This document shows, piece by piece, positions 12,601 to 22,400 of a stretch of DNA of 64,000 nucleotides. The DNA is from Macrostomum hystrix. Taxonomy: Eukaryota; Animalia; Platyhelminthes. A model generated the notes under the pieces. That model saw only the letters and a program-made list of their open reading frames with translations, was not told the origin of the DNA and made no database searches. The DNA is taken from contig CATNEN010000010.1 of NCBI GenBank assembly GCA_950097015.1, positions 2,666,001 through 2,730,000 on the forward strand. The letters are read 5' to 3'. The stretch's first letter is position 1; every line of letters starts with the position of its first letter. The translations under genes and the position numbers were made by a program.

Positions 12601-15600
12601 AGTTTCTGGGCTTCATAGTTTCCTCAAAAGGGATAGAGGCCGATCCGACCAAAACTGAGGCCGTTCAACAGTGGTGTACACCTAGGGATAAGAAGCAGCT
12701 TCTCTCCTTCCTGGGATTTGCCAATTACTACAGAAAGTTTGTCCCTAGGTTCTCCATCATAGCCACGCCTCTGTATGCCCTAGCCAAGTGCTCTGAGAAA
12801 TTTGTTTGGCGCCAAGTGCACGAGGCCGCTTTCCAAGAACTAAAGTCCAACCTATGTAACCCACCAGTGCTGAGATACCCGGACCTGAGTCCCACAGCGG
12901 GCACCTTTGTTCTAGACTGCGACAGCTCCCTTGACGGTGTGGGAGCAGTCCTTTCCCAACTAGATGGGAACGACGTAGAACAAGTGATTGCCTACGCTTC
13001 TAAAAAATTCACCAGCGCGCAGCGAAACTATTGCGCCACCTTGAGGGAGCTCCTAGGTCTGGTTCTTATGTTAGAGCAGTTCAGGACTTACTTACTTGAC
13101 CGGGAGTTCCTAGTGCGAACAGATGCGATTGCTCTGAAGTGGTTACACTCGAAAAAACACGCAACCGGAATGCTCGCCCAATGGTTGGTCACACTAGAGC
13201 CTTACACCTTCAAGGTAGACCAGACTCCACTGGAGAGAATAGCGGAGTACGATTTTAAAATCTCCCACAGAGCTGGGGAATCCCACGTTAATGCAGATGT
13301 TTTGAGTCGCAACCCGAAGTTCAGAGCAGACCATTTCGACTGCCCAACCTGTAGCCTGATCCCAGAATTTATATCCAAGTTCCAGAAGGGAAAAAAACCA
13401 GCGCCATCGGATGTTAGTGAGGTCAAAATCAGCCGTATGTGTGTCAGTACTCAGACTCTAGTCACAACTGGCTGTCAGACCACCGAGCTGATATTCGACT
13501 CAGCGATTCAGCTTCAAAATGAGCCGGTTACAGACTTAGCAGTTCAGACTGACCTCCAACGGGTCCCTGAGATCCCTGAGCCTAATCAAGCTAGCAAGCG
13601 CCCAGTCATCCCAACCTCGTCTGCAGGTACTCAGGTAGACACCAAACCTAAACCGGAAACACCGCCATCAGCCGCAGCACATGCTGTGCAAGTCCAGGTC
13701 TCGGATAGGTCCACGATCGCAGACGAAGTTCTAGACCCAGGCAGTGATAACGAAGATGAGGCGGGGGCTGAACAGAGAGAAAGAGAATGGGCCCGTAGTG
13801 CTCAGGATTCAAACATTGATCTTGTTTTCCTGAGAGATGCTGTAGCTGGAAAGGTAGAGAGGTTGTCTAAGCAGGAGCTCCAAGGTTGCAGTCGTGAGCT
13901 CAGAGCCTTATGGGCTATGTTTGACGAACTGTCTGTTGAGGACGATCTGCTGCTTCGGAACAAGCCAGCCAAGAAAAGGAAGCCCGCTGCCAAGCTTACG
14001 GTCATCCCTGAGTCTGCGAATGTAGATGAACTAGTAACCAACTACCACAGAGCCGTTAATCACTCGGGGATAAACAAGACTTTAGGAGTGGTAAAAAAGA
14101 ACTTTCAAATCTCGAACCTAGAAACTATAGTCAAGGGAGTCGTAGCCAGCTGTGAGATTTGCGCTAGGACTAAGAAATGCAAGCGAAAGAACAAAGCTCC
14201 GATGCAGCCAACCCTAGCCGGGTACCCGAACCAGGTCGTGCATGTAGACCATTGCGGACCGTTCCCTGAACAGGAAGGCTACCGGTATCTGCTTGTAATG
14301 ATTGACAGATTCACCGGATTTGTGGAAATTGTCCCTGTGAAAGACGTAACTGCCGAGACAACCGCGGCAGCAATCCTGACAGAGTGGATTGTTCGCTACG
14401 GTGCTATGGAGCAAATGGTCTCGGACAATGGCACGGCATTCATAAATAACATTGTTGCAGAGCTGACCCGCTTGCTAGAGATCGATACCGTTAGAATCAC
14501 TGCTCGCCGCCCCCAGGCCAACGGGAAGGTGGAACGCAACATCCAGACTATTAAGAGTCAAATTCGAGCAGTCTGTGCTGAGAGGCATGTGACTTGGCCC
14601 TTTGCCGCTAGGTGTGTAGGGATGAGCATCCGCTCCCTAGAATCCGAATCGACAGGCATGACACCTGCTAAGCTTTTTCTGGGCCGTGAATTTCAAATGC
14701 CCCTAGACCTGATGTACAACCCACCAAGGCAAGATTGCTATGACCCGGACAGTTACGCGCACCGACTCCACCGAACTCTTGTCGAAACCTCTGCCACCGC
14801 ACGGGCTGTTAGGAAGAAGGCACAGGCTAGGCAGAAGCGTTACTATGACAGATCGGTTTATAAGTCAAGCTACGAGGTTGGAGAGCTAGTGTGGGTTCTA
14901 AACCCCGACCACAAGGGCCTCGACCCAGCTGTTTGGTTTGGTCCGTACAAGGTTATTCAGAAGGTCTCTGAGAGAAACTATAGGCTGATTCCAGAGTTTT
15001 CGCGAGAGAATCCGTTCAGAGTACCGAATCCTAGTCACAACATCTATAACGTAGACCGGATGAAGAGGTGCATCCGCCAGCCAAACTATCAGGATGTGGT
15101 TGATAGATTTAGATTAGACACCGTAGCAAGGATGCCACGCTCATCTAAGCTAGGACAAGGAGATCTGGATTCCAGCTCCAGACAGCTGAGCTTTAGTTCT
15201 GACTGGACTTCCGAACCAGACTTGGTCACTGTCCCACCTGTGGGTCAGAAGAGCCGCTCTTTTCCGAGAAGCCAATCATCATCAATCACACAGCCAGTCG
15301 AACAGCCAATCACACAGCCAGTTCAACAGCCAATCACACAGCCAGTTCAACAGCCAATCACACAGCCAGTTCAACAGCCAATCAAAACACTGCCAGTGGA
15401 ACAGCCAAATGCTCAACCAGTCACTAAACCAGAGTTACCACCCGAGGTGCAACCTGAACAAGCACCACAAGCAGTAAACATTGTCAATAATGAACAGGTG
15501 CCAGACATCGGTGCTGAAGTTGAAGTCACAGCAGAGCCAAATCCAGATCCTCAGGCAACACCAATACCAAATATGCCACCAGAACCACAACCACAAATAG

Positions 15601-15752
15601 AACACGAGCACGAACATGAACACGAATACGATCAGACAGACCAGGCACAGAGACCAGCTTGCACTGTTACGAGATCCGGCCGGCAAGTAAGGCCGCCGGT
15701 CAGATTCCTTTCCACGCTGGTCAACCTGCTCAGGAGAGGTAACGAGAGCTAA
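9693..15752 (+). CDS. Gypsy Gag-Pol polyprotein (2019 aa): capsid, CCHC knuckle, cold-shock domain, aspartic protease, dUTPase-like remnant, RT, RNase H, long linker, integrase with GPY-like module, repetitive tail
   Basis: CFRCSETGHLIAEC; KGVVTHWKDSYGFIQ..VFAHLSQL; LLDPGA; WASPIVLVKKKDG..RLCVDYRALN; YLDD; LDCDSS..RELLG..RTD..NADVLSR; H..H..CEIC; HVD..SDNG..GKVER; WFGPYKV. Confidence 0.96.
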   Translation: MSGVNSDTDQVDQSGAALSGQGPEESIGHGPGTAGGAEVEMEGGEQPERETSLGDLARTLAQIRDNTSTSSRIPKSSPRLRPPVAYTPKTKFDIWWTQFRLFLEANEIMPEHRTAVLLSSLSPECQEFFYNYRLHEKSFDEAVKSLRSRYGEPTHVDKYYIELTSAQQLSSESIQEYFDRLIGLANAADMSRSEYEPLVRTRFCYGLADKTIAEKLINMLHEAPRASLERLLARARDTDQTRQLLKLTEQPKVRSVEADEIRALKARIAELEKKQSGPQQSTQKPTNSNSGGHRHNFQSQKSLQDYSSHARMSGALPKCFRCSETGHLIAECPYPREPGTGAPPSKFRTPQPFREPKSFKPNASSRPPREKGVVTHWKDSYGFIQSSQIGDSVFAHLSQLVQPLLDLALSHQLVGTSVTFSRVADAGKSRDKAISVTATSTDPKCAEVSSDLPSYKAGFYVQVEIGETKTVALLDPGANASLICPKMRDKLLEADPINNVFTPARTQRTATGFNGASSQILGKLQCEVSLGKLKQQHIFLVIEGQLSEILLGLDFCGNFQIVMDMACDRVTCAGEYVPIFRGTNAICSVNRVVAACDTVLPPRSETLIPARAIDAESSSYGVVSTRLFDPDPSIIVANSLDQVSPTSHVLVRVLNSGEDEVRIAKGEEVASFKKLGADESVVSTRLSESDFSIDNESALNDKLCKLPYPDPGTAKWLLDQFHLQERNLTQEQLDTTVKMLNYFLSQISKSEADIGRTPLHELSIELKDPKCRPISQPSRRTTPAQKEFLDKYIAQLLNQGVVEECDSEWASPIVLVKKKDGTWRLCVDYRALNKHIKPCSFPLPLIDESFDSLAGSAVFSSLDLTSAYWQVGIREADRDLTAFSCPQGTFRWTVVPYGIKTAPASFARLMHRVFRPLLLRVSLIYLDDVIIKARNNDEMISHLALVFWQLRKANLKIRPSKCELFKDKLKFLGFIVSSKGIEADPTKTEAVQQWCTPRDKKQLLSFLGFANYYRKFVPRFSIIATPLYALAKCSEKFVWRQVHEAAFQELKSNLCNPPVLRYPDLSPTAGTFVLDCDSSLDGVGAVLSQLDGNDVEQVIAYASKKFTSAQRNYCATLRELLGLVLMLEQFRTYLLDREFLVRTDAIALKWLHSKKHATGMLAQWLVTLEPYTFKVDQTPLERIAEYDFKISHRAGESHVNADVLSRNPKFRADHFDCPTCSLIPEFISKFQKGKKPAPSDVSEVKISRMCVSTQTLVTTGCQTTELIFDSAIQLQNEPVTDLAVQTDLQRVPEIPEPNQASKRPVIPTSSAGTQVDTKPKPETPPSAAAHAVQVQVSDRSTIADEVLDPGSDNEDEAGAEQREREWARSAQDSNIDLVFLRDAVAGKVERLSKQELQGCSRELRALWAMFDELSVEDDLLLRNKPAKKRKPAAKLTVIPESANVDELVTNYHRAVNHSGINKTLGVVKKNFQISNLETIVKGVVASCEICARTKKCKRKNKAPMQPTLAGYPNQVVHVDHCGPFPEQEGYRYLLVMIDRFTGFVEIVPVKDVTAETTAAAILTEWIVRYGAMEQMVSDNGTAFINNIVAELTRLLEIDTVRITARRPQANGKVERNIQTIKSQIRAVCAERHVTWPFAARCVGMSIRSLESESTGMTPAKLFLGREFQMPLDLMYNPPRQDCYDPDSYAHRLHRTLVETSATARAVRKKAQARQKRYYDRSVYKSSYEVGELVWVLNPDHKGLDPAVWFGPYKVIQKVSERNYRLIPEFSRENPFRVPNPSHNIYNVDRMKRCIRQPNYQDVVDRFRLDTVARMPRSSKLGQGDLDSSSRQLSFSSDWTSEPDLVTVPPVGQKSRSFPRSQSSSITQPVEQPITQPVQQPITQPVQQPITQPVQQPIKTLPVEQPNAQPVTKPELPPEVQPEQAPQAVNIVNNEQVPDIGAEVEVTAEPNPDPQATPIPNMPPEPQPQIEHEHEHEHEYDQTDQAQRPACTVTRSGRQVRPPVRFLSTLVNLLRRGNES

Positions 15753-16430
15753 GGTGTAGTCGTGTCGTATGCTGCCTGTGTTCTGTGTGCCTGTTAGCTT
15801 TTCTTTAATATAGCTTTCGCCAATCTCTTCATTTTGTCATTAGGTTAGTATCTCTGCGGTCGAGCCTTGAATCTTCGGATTAGGTTTTGGCCATAGAGTA
15901 GCCTTTGTCGTAGTCATTGTTTGTAGCCTGTAGTTAGGAGCTTAGCTTGGCTGCGGCCGCTGGTGCTGTAGTCGAGGCCGCCCAGGTTTTCGCTCCGCCG
16001 CCGATTCGCCGAAATTTTCGCCAGTCCTAGACAATTCTCGTGTTTGTCTATTTGTCAGTTTTGTTTAAAAAATAAAAAAAACATTGCATTTGCTAAAACA
16101 AAAATATTTTCAATTCCTTTTATTGCCTCTGCGGTTTGATGACGTTGTTCAATTTGCCAATACCTTGCTGAATTTTGCCTTTGGCTTTTGTTCGAATTTT
16201 TGCCATTCGTCGTTCAGTTTTGCCACTCGATATTCCGTTTTTGCCGTTCGTCTTTGAAGTTTAATGCCTGTTTTTGTGTCACTTGAAACTGCCATTGTTA
16301 ACCTTATTTTCAAAATATTTCTAGACAGCTATTCTAATAACTCTAATAACGTAGCAACAATTTTGAAATCGTTTTTTTCGCTAGCCATTTCGATGTTCGT
16401 AGCCACTACTGTTAGTAGGCCATTAAGCTT

Positions 16431-16446
16431 CTGAGAGGGAGGCGAG
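16431..16446 (+). promoter_or_regulatory. Polypurine tract
   Basis: CTGAGAGGGAGGCGAG immediately before the 3' LTR. Confidence 0.75.
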
Positions 16447-16902
16447 TGTGACGTTGTCTCTCTAATTTAATGTAATTTTAATATGCTATTTCAAATTAAG
16501 TGCATTATTTTCGTTAGCTATATTTGTTAGGGATATTTCTTCGGTTTTCCATATATATTTATAATGGTTTTGTTTTAGTGTACTACATAGTCGTAGTTCG
16601 TATTCAAATGTGCTAACTAGGCCTTTCCAGGAAGGCTCCCAACCCTTCCCCCGGGCTTGTTCTACGACTGAGTGCTGGTTGTTATTTTGTCAGTGGCTAA
16701 TCTGAACTGTAGCCGTAGCTGTATTTCAAGTGAATCCATTGAGTAGCTCTGTAACCCATCTAAGATATAGCCAGCATTCGCCGTAAAGACGATTTCTTAA
16801 TTCGAAGGCCCAATTTACTGCATGAGAGTGCTTTCCGCTACGAAGGTTTTGTAACGATCGATAATTTACCTTGCTATTAAAATAAACCGAAACTTCGTCA
16901 TA
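16447..16902 (+). repeat. 3' LTR
   Basis: Matches 8171-8626; followed by the TSD CCCA. Confidence 0.95.
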
Positions 16903-17025
16903 CCCATGTCTACACTATAGACCTCAACCCCCAACCACTTTCTCACCTGCATCCACACTGATTGGCTGCCAACCCTGTCCCTCTCTGTCTTTCTCTTGCT
17001 GTGTTTTGATGTTCAATTTCAAAAG
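16903..17025 (+). repeat. ~140-bp repeat (with 8152-8170) split by the Gypsy insertion; uninterrupted inverted copy at 27539-27678
   Basis: cccatgtctacactatagacctcaacccc...gttcaatttcaaaag is the reverse complement of ctttt gaaattgaac...gtctatagtgcagacatggggtagaaaaaagta. Confidence 0.85.
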
Positions 17026-17843
17026 GCTAGTATAGGCTAGTAAGATATAGGTTACAGGTTCTTAATAAACTTTTGATTTGTGATTTGTTGCTAAAAACAT
17101 AACATATTTTAAATAGTTATGGGATATCTATCACAGACAATTGCCACTAGGCTACAAACATAAATAACCAATAATATTATTTGGAAGAACCAGTGACCAC
17201 TAGGAAAAACTCATTTAATTTAAGGCTAGTCCTTATCATTGGCAAGAACATGTAGTGGATTACTAAAAAGGATATTAAAATTAAAATGAAGTTGGTGATA
17301 GGGGGGCCTATCTGTCAGAAATGCACTAGCCCTGATAAAAAGTACCATAGCTAATAAACTATTTAAGAACTAGACACACTTGATTTATTGAATAATGTGC
17401 TCAAGTTAAAGAATAATATATAGCAAGGACTACATAGATATAAAGGATCCTAGTAATTTTGTCAACTGCCATTAAAAATTGCTTGTAGCACTAGATTCTC
17501 AGCAATTCCTATAGCTGGTCACATTGTTACTTGCTAACTAGGCAACCCAAGGACAAAATCAAAAGGTTTGTTATTGTCAAGTTTGTTAGGCCTATCATAT
17601 TAAAATTAAGGCCCTTATGAATAAACAATACTTGAACTATTCTTTCATGTCTACTTTAGACATGTAAATCTACATTGAATAATTAAAAACTTACAATCAC
17701 CTTTTTTAATTGCTTAGACAAAATGACTTAGACTAGGGGCCTATTTTGGACACTTCATACGTCCTATTTTCCAGTACCAGTAACAGTACCAGTACCGGAA
17801 AAAATAAAAGTTAAAACAAATGGTCGTAACATCGAAAAATATT

Positions 17844-18496
17844 AATTGCCATGGCTGTAGATGAAGCACGTGCAATTTCAGCTTCCTACAGCATCCAGCG
17901 CCGGAGCAGTGGACCCTTAAAGTGCGTCTCCCCACCCCAGCCATAGAAGCCTCTGTTACTAAGGTCATGAGGACCCTTATTGCGCCAGCATGACTGGTCA
18001 GGGGCAACTAATAACCATCAGAGCATCAATTGCCATGGCTGTAGATGAAGCACGTGCAATTTCAGCTTCCTACAGCATCCAGCGCCGGAGCAGTGGACCC
18101 TTAAAGTGCGTCTCCCCACCCCAGCCATAGAAGCCTCTGTTACTAAGGTCATGAGGACCCTTATTGCGCCAGCATGACTGGTCAGGGGCAACTAATAACC
18201 ATCAGAGCATCAATTGCCATGGCTGTAGATGAAGCACGTGCAATTTCAGCTTCCTACAGCATCCAGCGCCGGAGCAGTGGACCCTTAAAGTGCGTCTCCC
18301 CACCCCAGCCATAGAAGCCTCTGTTACTAAGGTCATGAGGACCCTTATTGCGCCAGCATGACTGGTCAGGGGCAACTAATAACCATCAGAGCATCAATTG
18401 CCATGGCTGTAGATGAAGCACGTGCAATTTCAGCTTCCTACAGCATCCAGCGCCGGAGCAGTGGACCCTTAAAGTGCGTCTCCCCACCCCAGCCAT
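17844..18496 (+). repeat. 184-bp tandem array (~3.5 units) in the left TIR
   Basis: aattgccatggctgtagatg... recurs with G at 17848, 18032, 18216 and 18400. Confidence 0.95.
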
Positions 18497-19420
18497 GACG
18501 ACCCTTTAAAACGTGTGAAAGGTTCGTTGAAAATGCCGGGACAAAGATGTGACAGGGTTCTGAAGGTTTGTTACTGGTGCAGAAGGGTTTTGAAGTATTT
18601 TGTTGGCAGAGTTAATTATTGGATTCGTTTAGTGCAGTAAATTAGGCATATGTGCACCCTCCTTCTTTTTAAATCGGGCTTGGGACCGACTTTGGCGAAG
18701 TTACTCACAAAGTTTTTCATTCGTATTATGCTATGATCACAAAGCATAGCTGCTTTGAGTTTTAAACACAATTATTAAAAATAGTTTGCTAATTTTTAGT
18801 TGTGAACTGAAATGAAAACAAAATTTTAAAATAATATTTTTCATATTTCACCAAAATTTTTTTTGCTAAGTAGAATTTACATTATTGTAGTCGACTACGC
18901 TTATCATAAAAAGCTACCTTCTATGACTAGCATGGTAGTTTCTTTGTTGGAAACTACCTCTCTAATGCCTAATAATCTATTTTCATTCAACACATGCTTG
19001 GTCAGGGATCTGTTGGCTATGACTGGAGAATGTCAAAGCTGTTGGTGAGTTGAGTCCCATACAGACCAAATCGAAAATAATTGTTTTTTAGCGATGTAAG
19101 CAAAATGAGCAACTGTTACCACTGAAGCTATATGATGCACACATAAAAAATGGAATGAGAAACAGCGAATAAACGGCAAAATACAGGTACAACTGATGAG
19201 CCAACCTTCTTGGTGAGCAAGCATGCAAAATAAGAAAACACATTTGTGCATAAGAAATGGAATCTATATACTACTAAGTATAGTTTAGCATGGTACCACT
19301 CAATATGCAACGGTTTTAATCTGTGGCACTTCAGCTAAAAATTGATTAGGAAAAGCTATTGATACGAAAGCGAATGTGACTCGCGGTGCTGAGGCCTGAG
19401 CCAAAACGCCGAAGACTCGA

Positions 19421-22400
19421 TCAATTAGTGCAGCAAGACACAAAGGCACCAGATTGATGACGAATCAATAATTCGGATTCGGCGCATCGACTGTGAATCC
19501 AGGCATCACAGAGATCGCACTGGATCCAAAATGTCTCACTTCTGGTGCTGCCCTTGCATACTTTGCAAGTGTCTGATTCCATCGATAATTTCTGACAGTT
19601 GCTTTCAATCGTTTTCCAAATGTAATTTCGAGCAGCATTAAAAAACCTCTGGCTGGTCGGAATCATTAAGTTGCTAAATCCTGCTGCTGATCCTATAATT
19701 AACATCTTAGCAAACAGACAGACAAAAACACCGCAGTTGTATGAATCCTTTTGCATGGAGTGAAGAAACGAGCGCTTCTTGTACTGCCCATATGCGCTGG
19801 GCATTATATTTTGTATTTCTTGACTGCCTGCAAATTTTTGCCATGCTTCTAGGTACTGATTCGTTCGGCGAGATTCATTTTGCACCATGGGATCAAGAAG
19901 CGAAAATTCCTTGGTTTGCAGGTTGACGTAAACTAAAAAGTAGTGATAGTTCAGCAGAACTGGACACAGAATTTTAGTCGCAGTTGAGTCAGCGCAGTCC
20001 AAGAGGCTCTGAGCTGCTGCGGCGCTGTCGTCTCTTAGTAGCTGTTCGAAAAAGCTGCACTTTAGGAGTCGAATGTGACTTCTAGGATTGCTCTCACAAA
20101 GAATATTTACGAATGCATTGACTGATCCAAGCGAAACCCACGCATTTGGCTGTAGTGATTCTTTGTCGAAGTCTACGATTACGTCATTCGTAGTAGTCTT
20201 CCAAATAAAGCTCTCCTTTGGTTTGCCTCTTGATTCTGGTTCGTTCTGGGGCGGTTTTACATGTCGTGACTTTTTCTTGGTCGTCTCGGGCTTTAGAATC
20301 GGTGAGCTTGGTCGCTTATATTTAGTTCGCTGTCTTGTGGGCTTCCTGCCCCACTGCTCTTTCGCTTCTTGTGCGCTTTCTTCATTTCTTTGACTGGATA
20401 ATTTAGGGGCACGTTTGTCCGCAAGAATCGAGAAACCTTTCACGCGGCGTAGTACATACTGGAATTGCTGCTCAGTGAATGCACATATCTTAAGCCGAGA
20501 ACTTCTCGTGGCTTTATTTTTCTTCAATTCACGAAAGTACGACTCCACAAAAGCATTAGAATACCAGCTGTCGATCTTTTCAAAACTTTTTATCTCACAT
20601 ATAAACATCGCAAATAGAGGGGCCAGTGGAAGCCAGTGCTTGATTAGGTATTCAAGTAATTCAGGCGCGATTACATGCTCTGCAGGAGATCTAACTGATT
20701 TTAACAAATATGAAAAATGTTTCATAAATGGCGAGCAGTTTCGAATCGTTTTTCTATCGGCTTTCTTGCGTTCTTGGGTTATTTTTTTTTCATCTTCGCT
20801 GAGACTTTCGTCTTCAACATCAGATGGCGTGCGGTCAGATTCTGATTCTAAAACGTGCGACACAGATGTGTCCCATTGCTTAAGCCTTTCACGAAGCTTT
20901 TTTAGATTTTGGTCAGACGTGAATTCCTCAATAATCAGATTAATGGTGCTCTCAAAGCCCGCGAAGGTCTCCTGATGAATGAGGTATACAAACGCTGATA
21001 CAAGAATTTCCTTCATACTTTTATCTGTATTCTTTGCCTGTGGAATTTCACCTAGTCCGCGAATAAACGCTTTGATAACATGATTGGTGCAAACAAAAGG
21101 TATAGGATGGTCAACCAGTGTGTTGGTTTTTACGGCATTGTAAGCTTCATTTAAGTAGCTCTCCAACTCACTGCCAAAGGCATGGCACACTGAGTGCAGC
21201 AGTGCCCAGGAAAAATCTGTGACAATGATGCCCGGCAAACATTCCCTTCGCATCACAGAGTTTCGACCGATAAGCCTTGCGAGATCACAGCGGACACTAA
21301 ACAGAAAATTGCTTATTTTTGGAGTTGTTTGAATCGTAGAAACCATCTCTGCAATAGGAATGCTGCGAGTGTTTCCGCTTTTCGATGGTAGAAGCAGCGA
21401 GTAGATGAGGCATGGCTTTTTTACATGTTCGATGATTCGATGAACTCCACCTGTCGCATCTAAATGTAAAACGCACCCGGGCCGGTCAGCCAGTAAGTTT
21501 AACTGCTTTTCTGAGTACAACGTTATTAGAAACGGATCGAACTCAAAGCTTTGAATGAAGCCTTTTATGGATTTACTTTCAATGTCCGTATTTCGCATAA
21601 TTTTTTGCATAATATGAAGTTCTTTAATGACATTTTTGTGCACGCGTCCTTCTTCTTTGACTTCTAGCTTCGCGTTAATTCGCCGAATAGCTGGAAGAGA
21701 TTTGACGCGCGAAAAGTCATTCTCGTCTATCTCTTTTTCTGTCATTGACGCCAAAAGCTCGTCATACAGTTCAGCCGGACTTTTTTCTTTCAACAGCTCT
21801 TTAAATTTTTCTGCTTCAACAGCTGTAACTTTACTTAGAGTTGGAAAGTCGTGCCTTTTCTGTCCTTGTGTTGAAACTGATAGCGTAACATCTACATTTG
21901 CCGTTCTTGGCAATGCTTTTAATATAAATTCAAACTTTTTGTTGCACGTTGAATGCTGACATTGGGCAAGCTGTCTTATGAAGTATTTTTTAGCTCGCAT
22001 TGAAACAGAAGGATCATTGATGTAACGGTTTTTAAATTTTAGAATGCATCCTGATACTTCATGATCCTCAATGCTTGCTAATAGTTTCCTTAAAGTTGAC
22101 ATCCACCACATGGATGAATCCTTTGTAAACACGTAGGTTTTTGCTTTATGAAACCTAGCCCCGTCAAACCACTCTTTTCCGCTTATTGAAATGTTAAATT
22201 TTAATTGGTGATCAGAATCCTTCGAGATAGATTGATTGTCAGAAGTGGGATCGCTCACCTGAAAAGAGCCTTCATCTGATAAAGGCTGCTCCGCTGCCGC
22301 TGGAGTTGGCGCTCCATCCGTGCGCCCAGCTGCCGCTGGAGGTGGAGCTGCTGCCGCGCGCTGCTCCGCTGCCGCTGGAGTTGGCGCTCCATCCGTGCGC

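Larger units (their letters stand above)
8171..16902 (+). mobile_element. Full-length Ty3/Gypsy LTR retrotransposon, recent insertion
   Basis: Direct LTRs 8171-8626 and 16447-16902 (456 bp each, no differences seen by eye), TGTGACG...CGTCATA ends, 4-bp TSD CCCA on both sides, PBS-like and PPT sites, single gag-pol ORF in PR-RT-RH-IN order. Confidence 0.97.

Noticed and set aside
15753-16446. env-like ORF after pol
   Set aside because: No ORF of useful length, signal peptide or TM segment; T-rich 3' UTR.
17741-18007. Twin ORFs MPLTSHAGAIRV... (also 24640-24978)
   Set aside because: Chance frames in the 184-bp TIR units; they are duplicated only because the TIRs are.
18497-19420. Second gene inside the MULE element
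   Set aside because: Only short ORFs (<75 aa) with no recognisable motifs.
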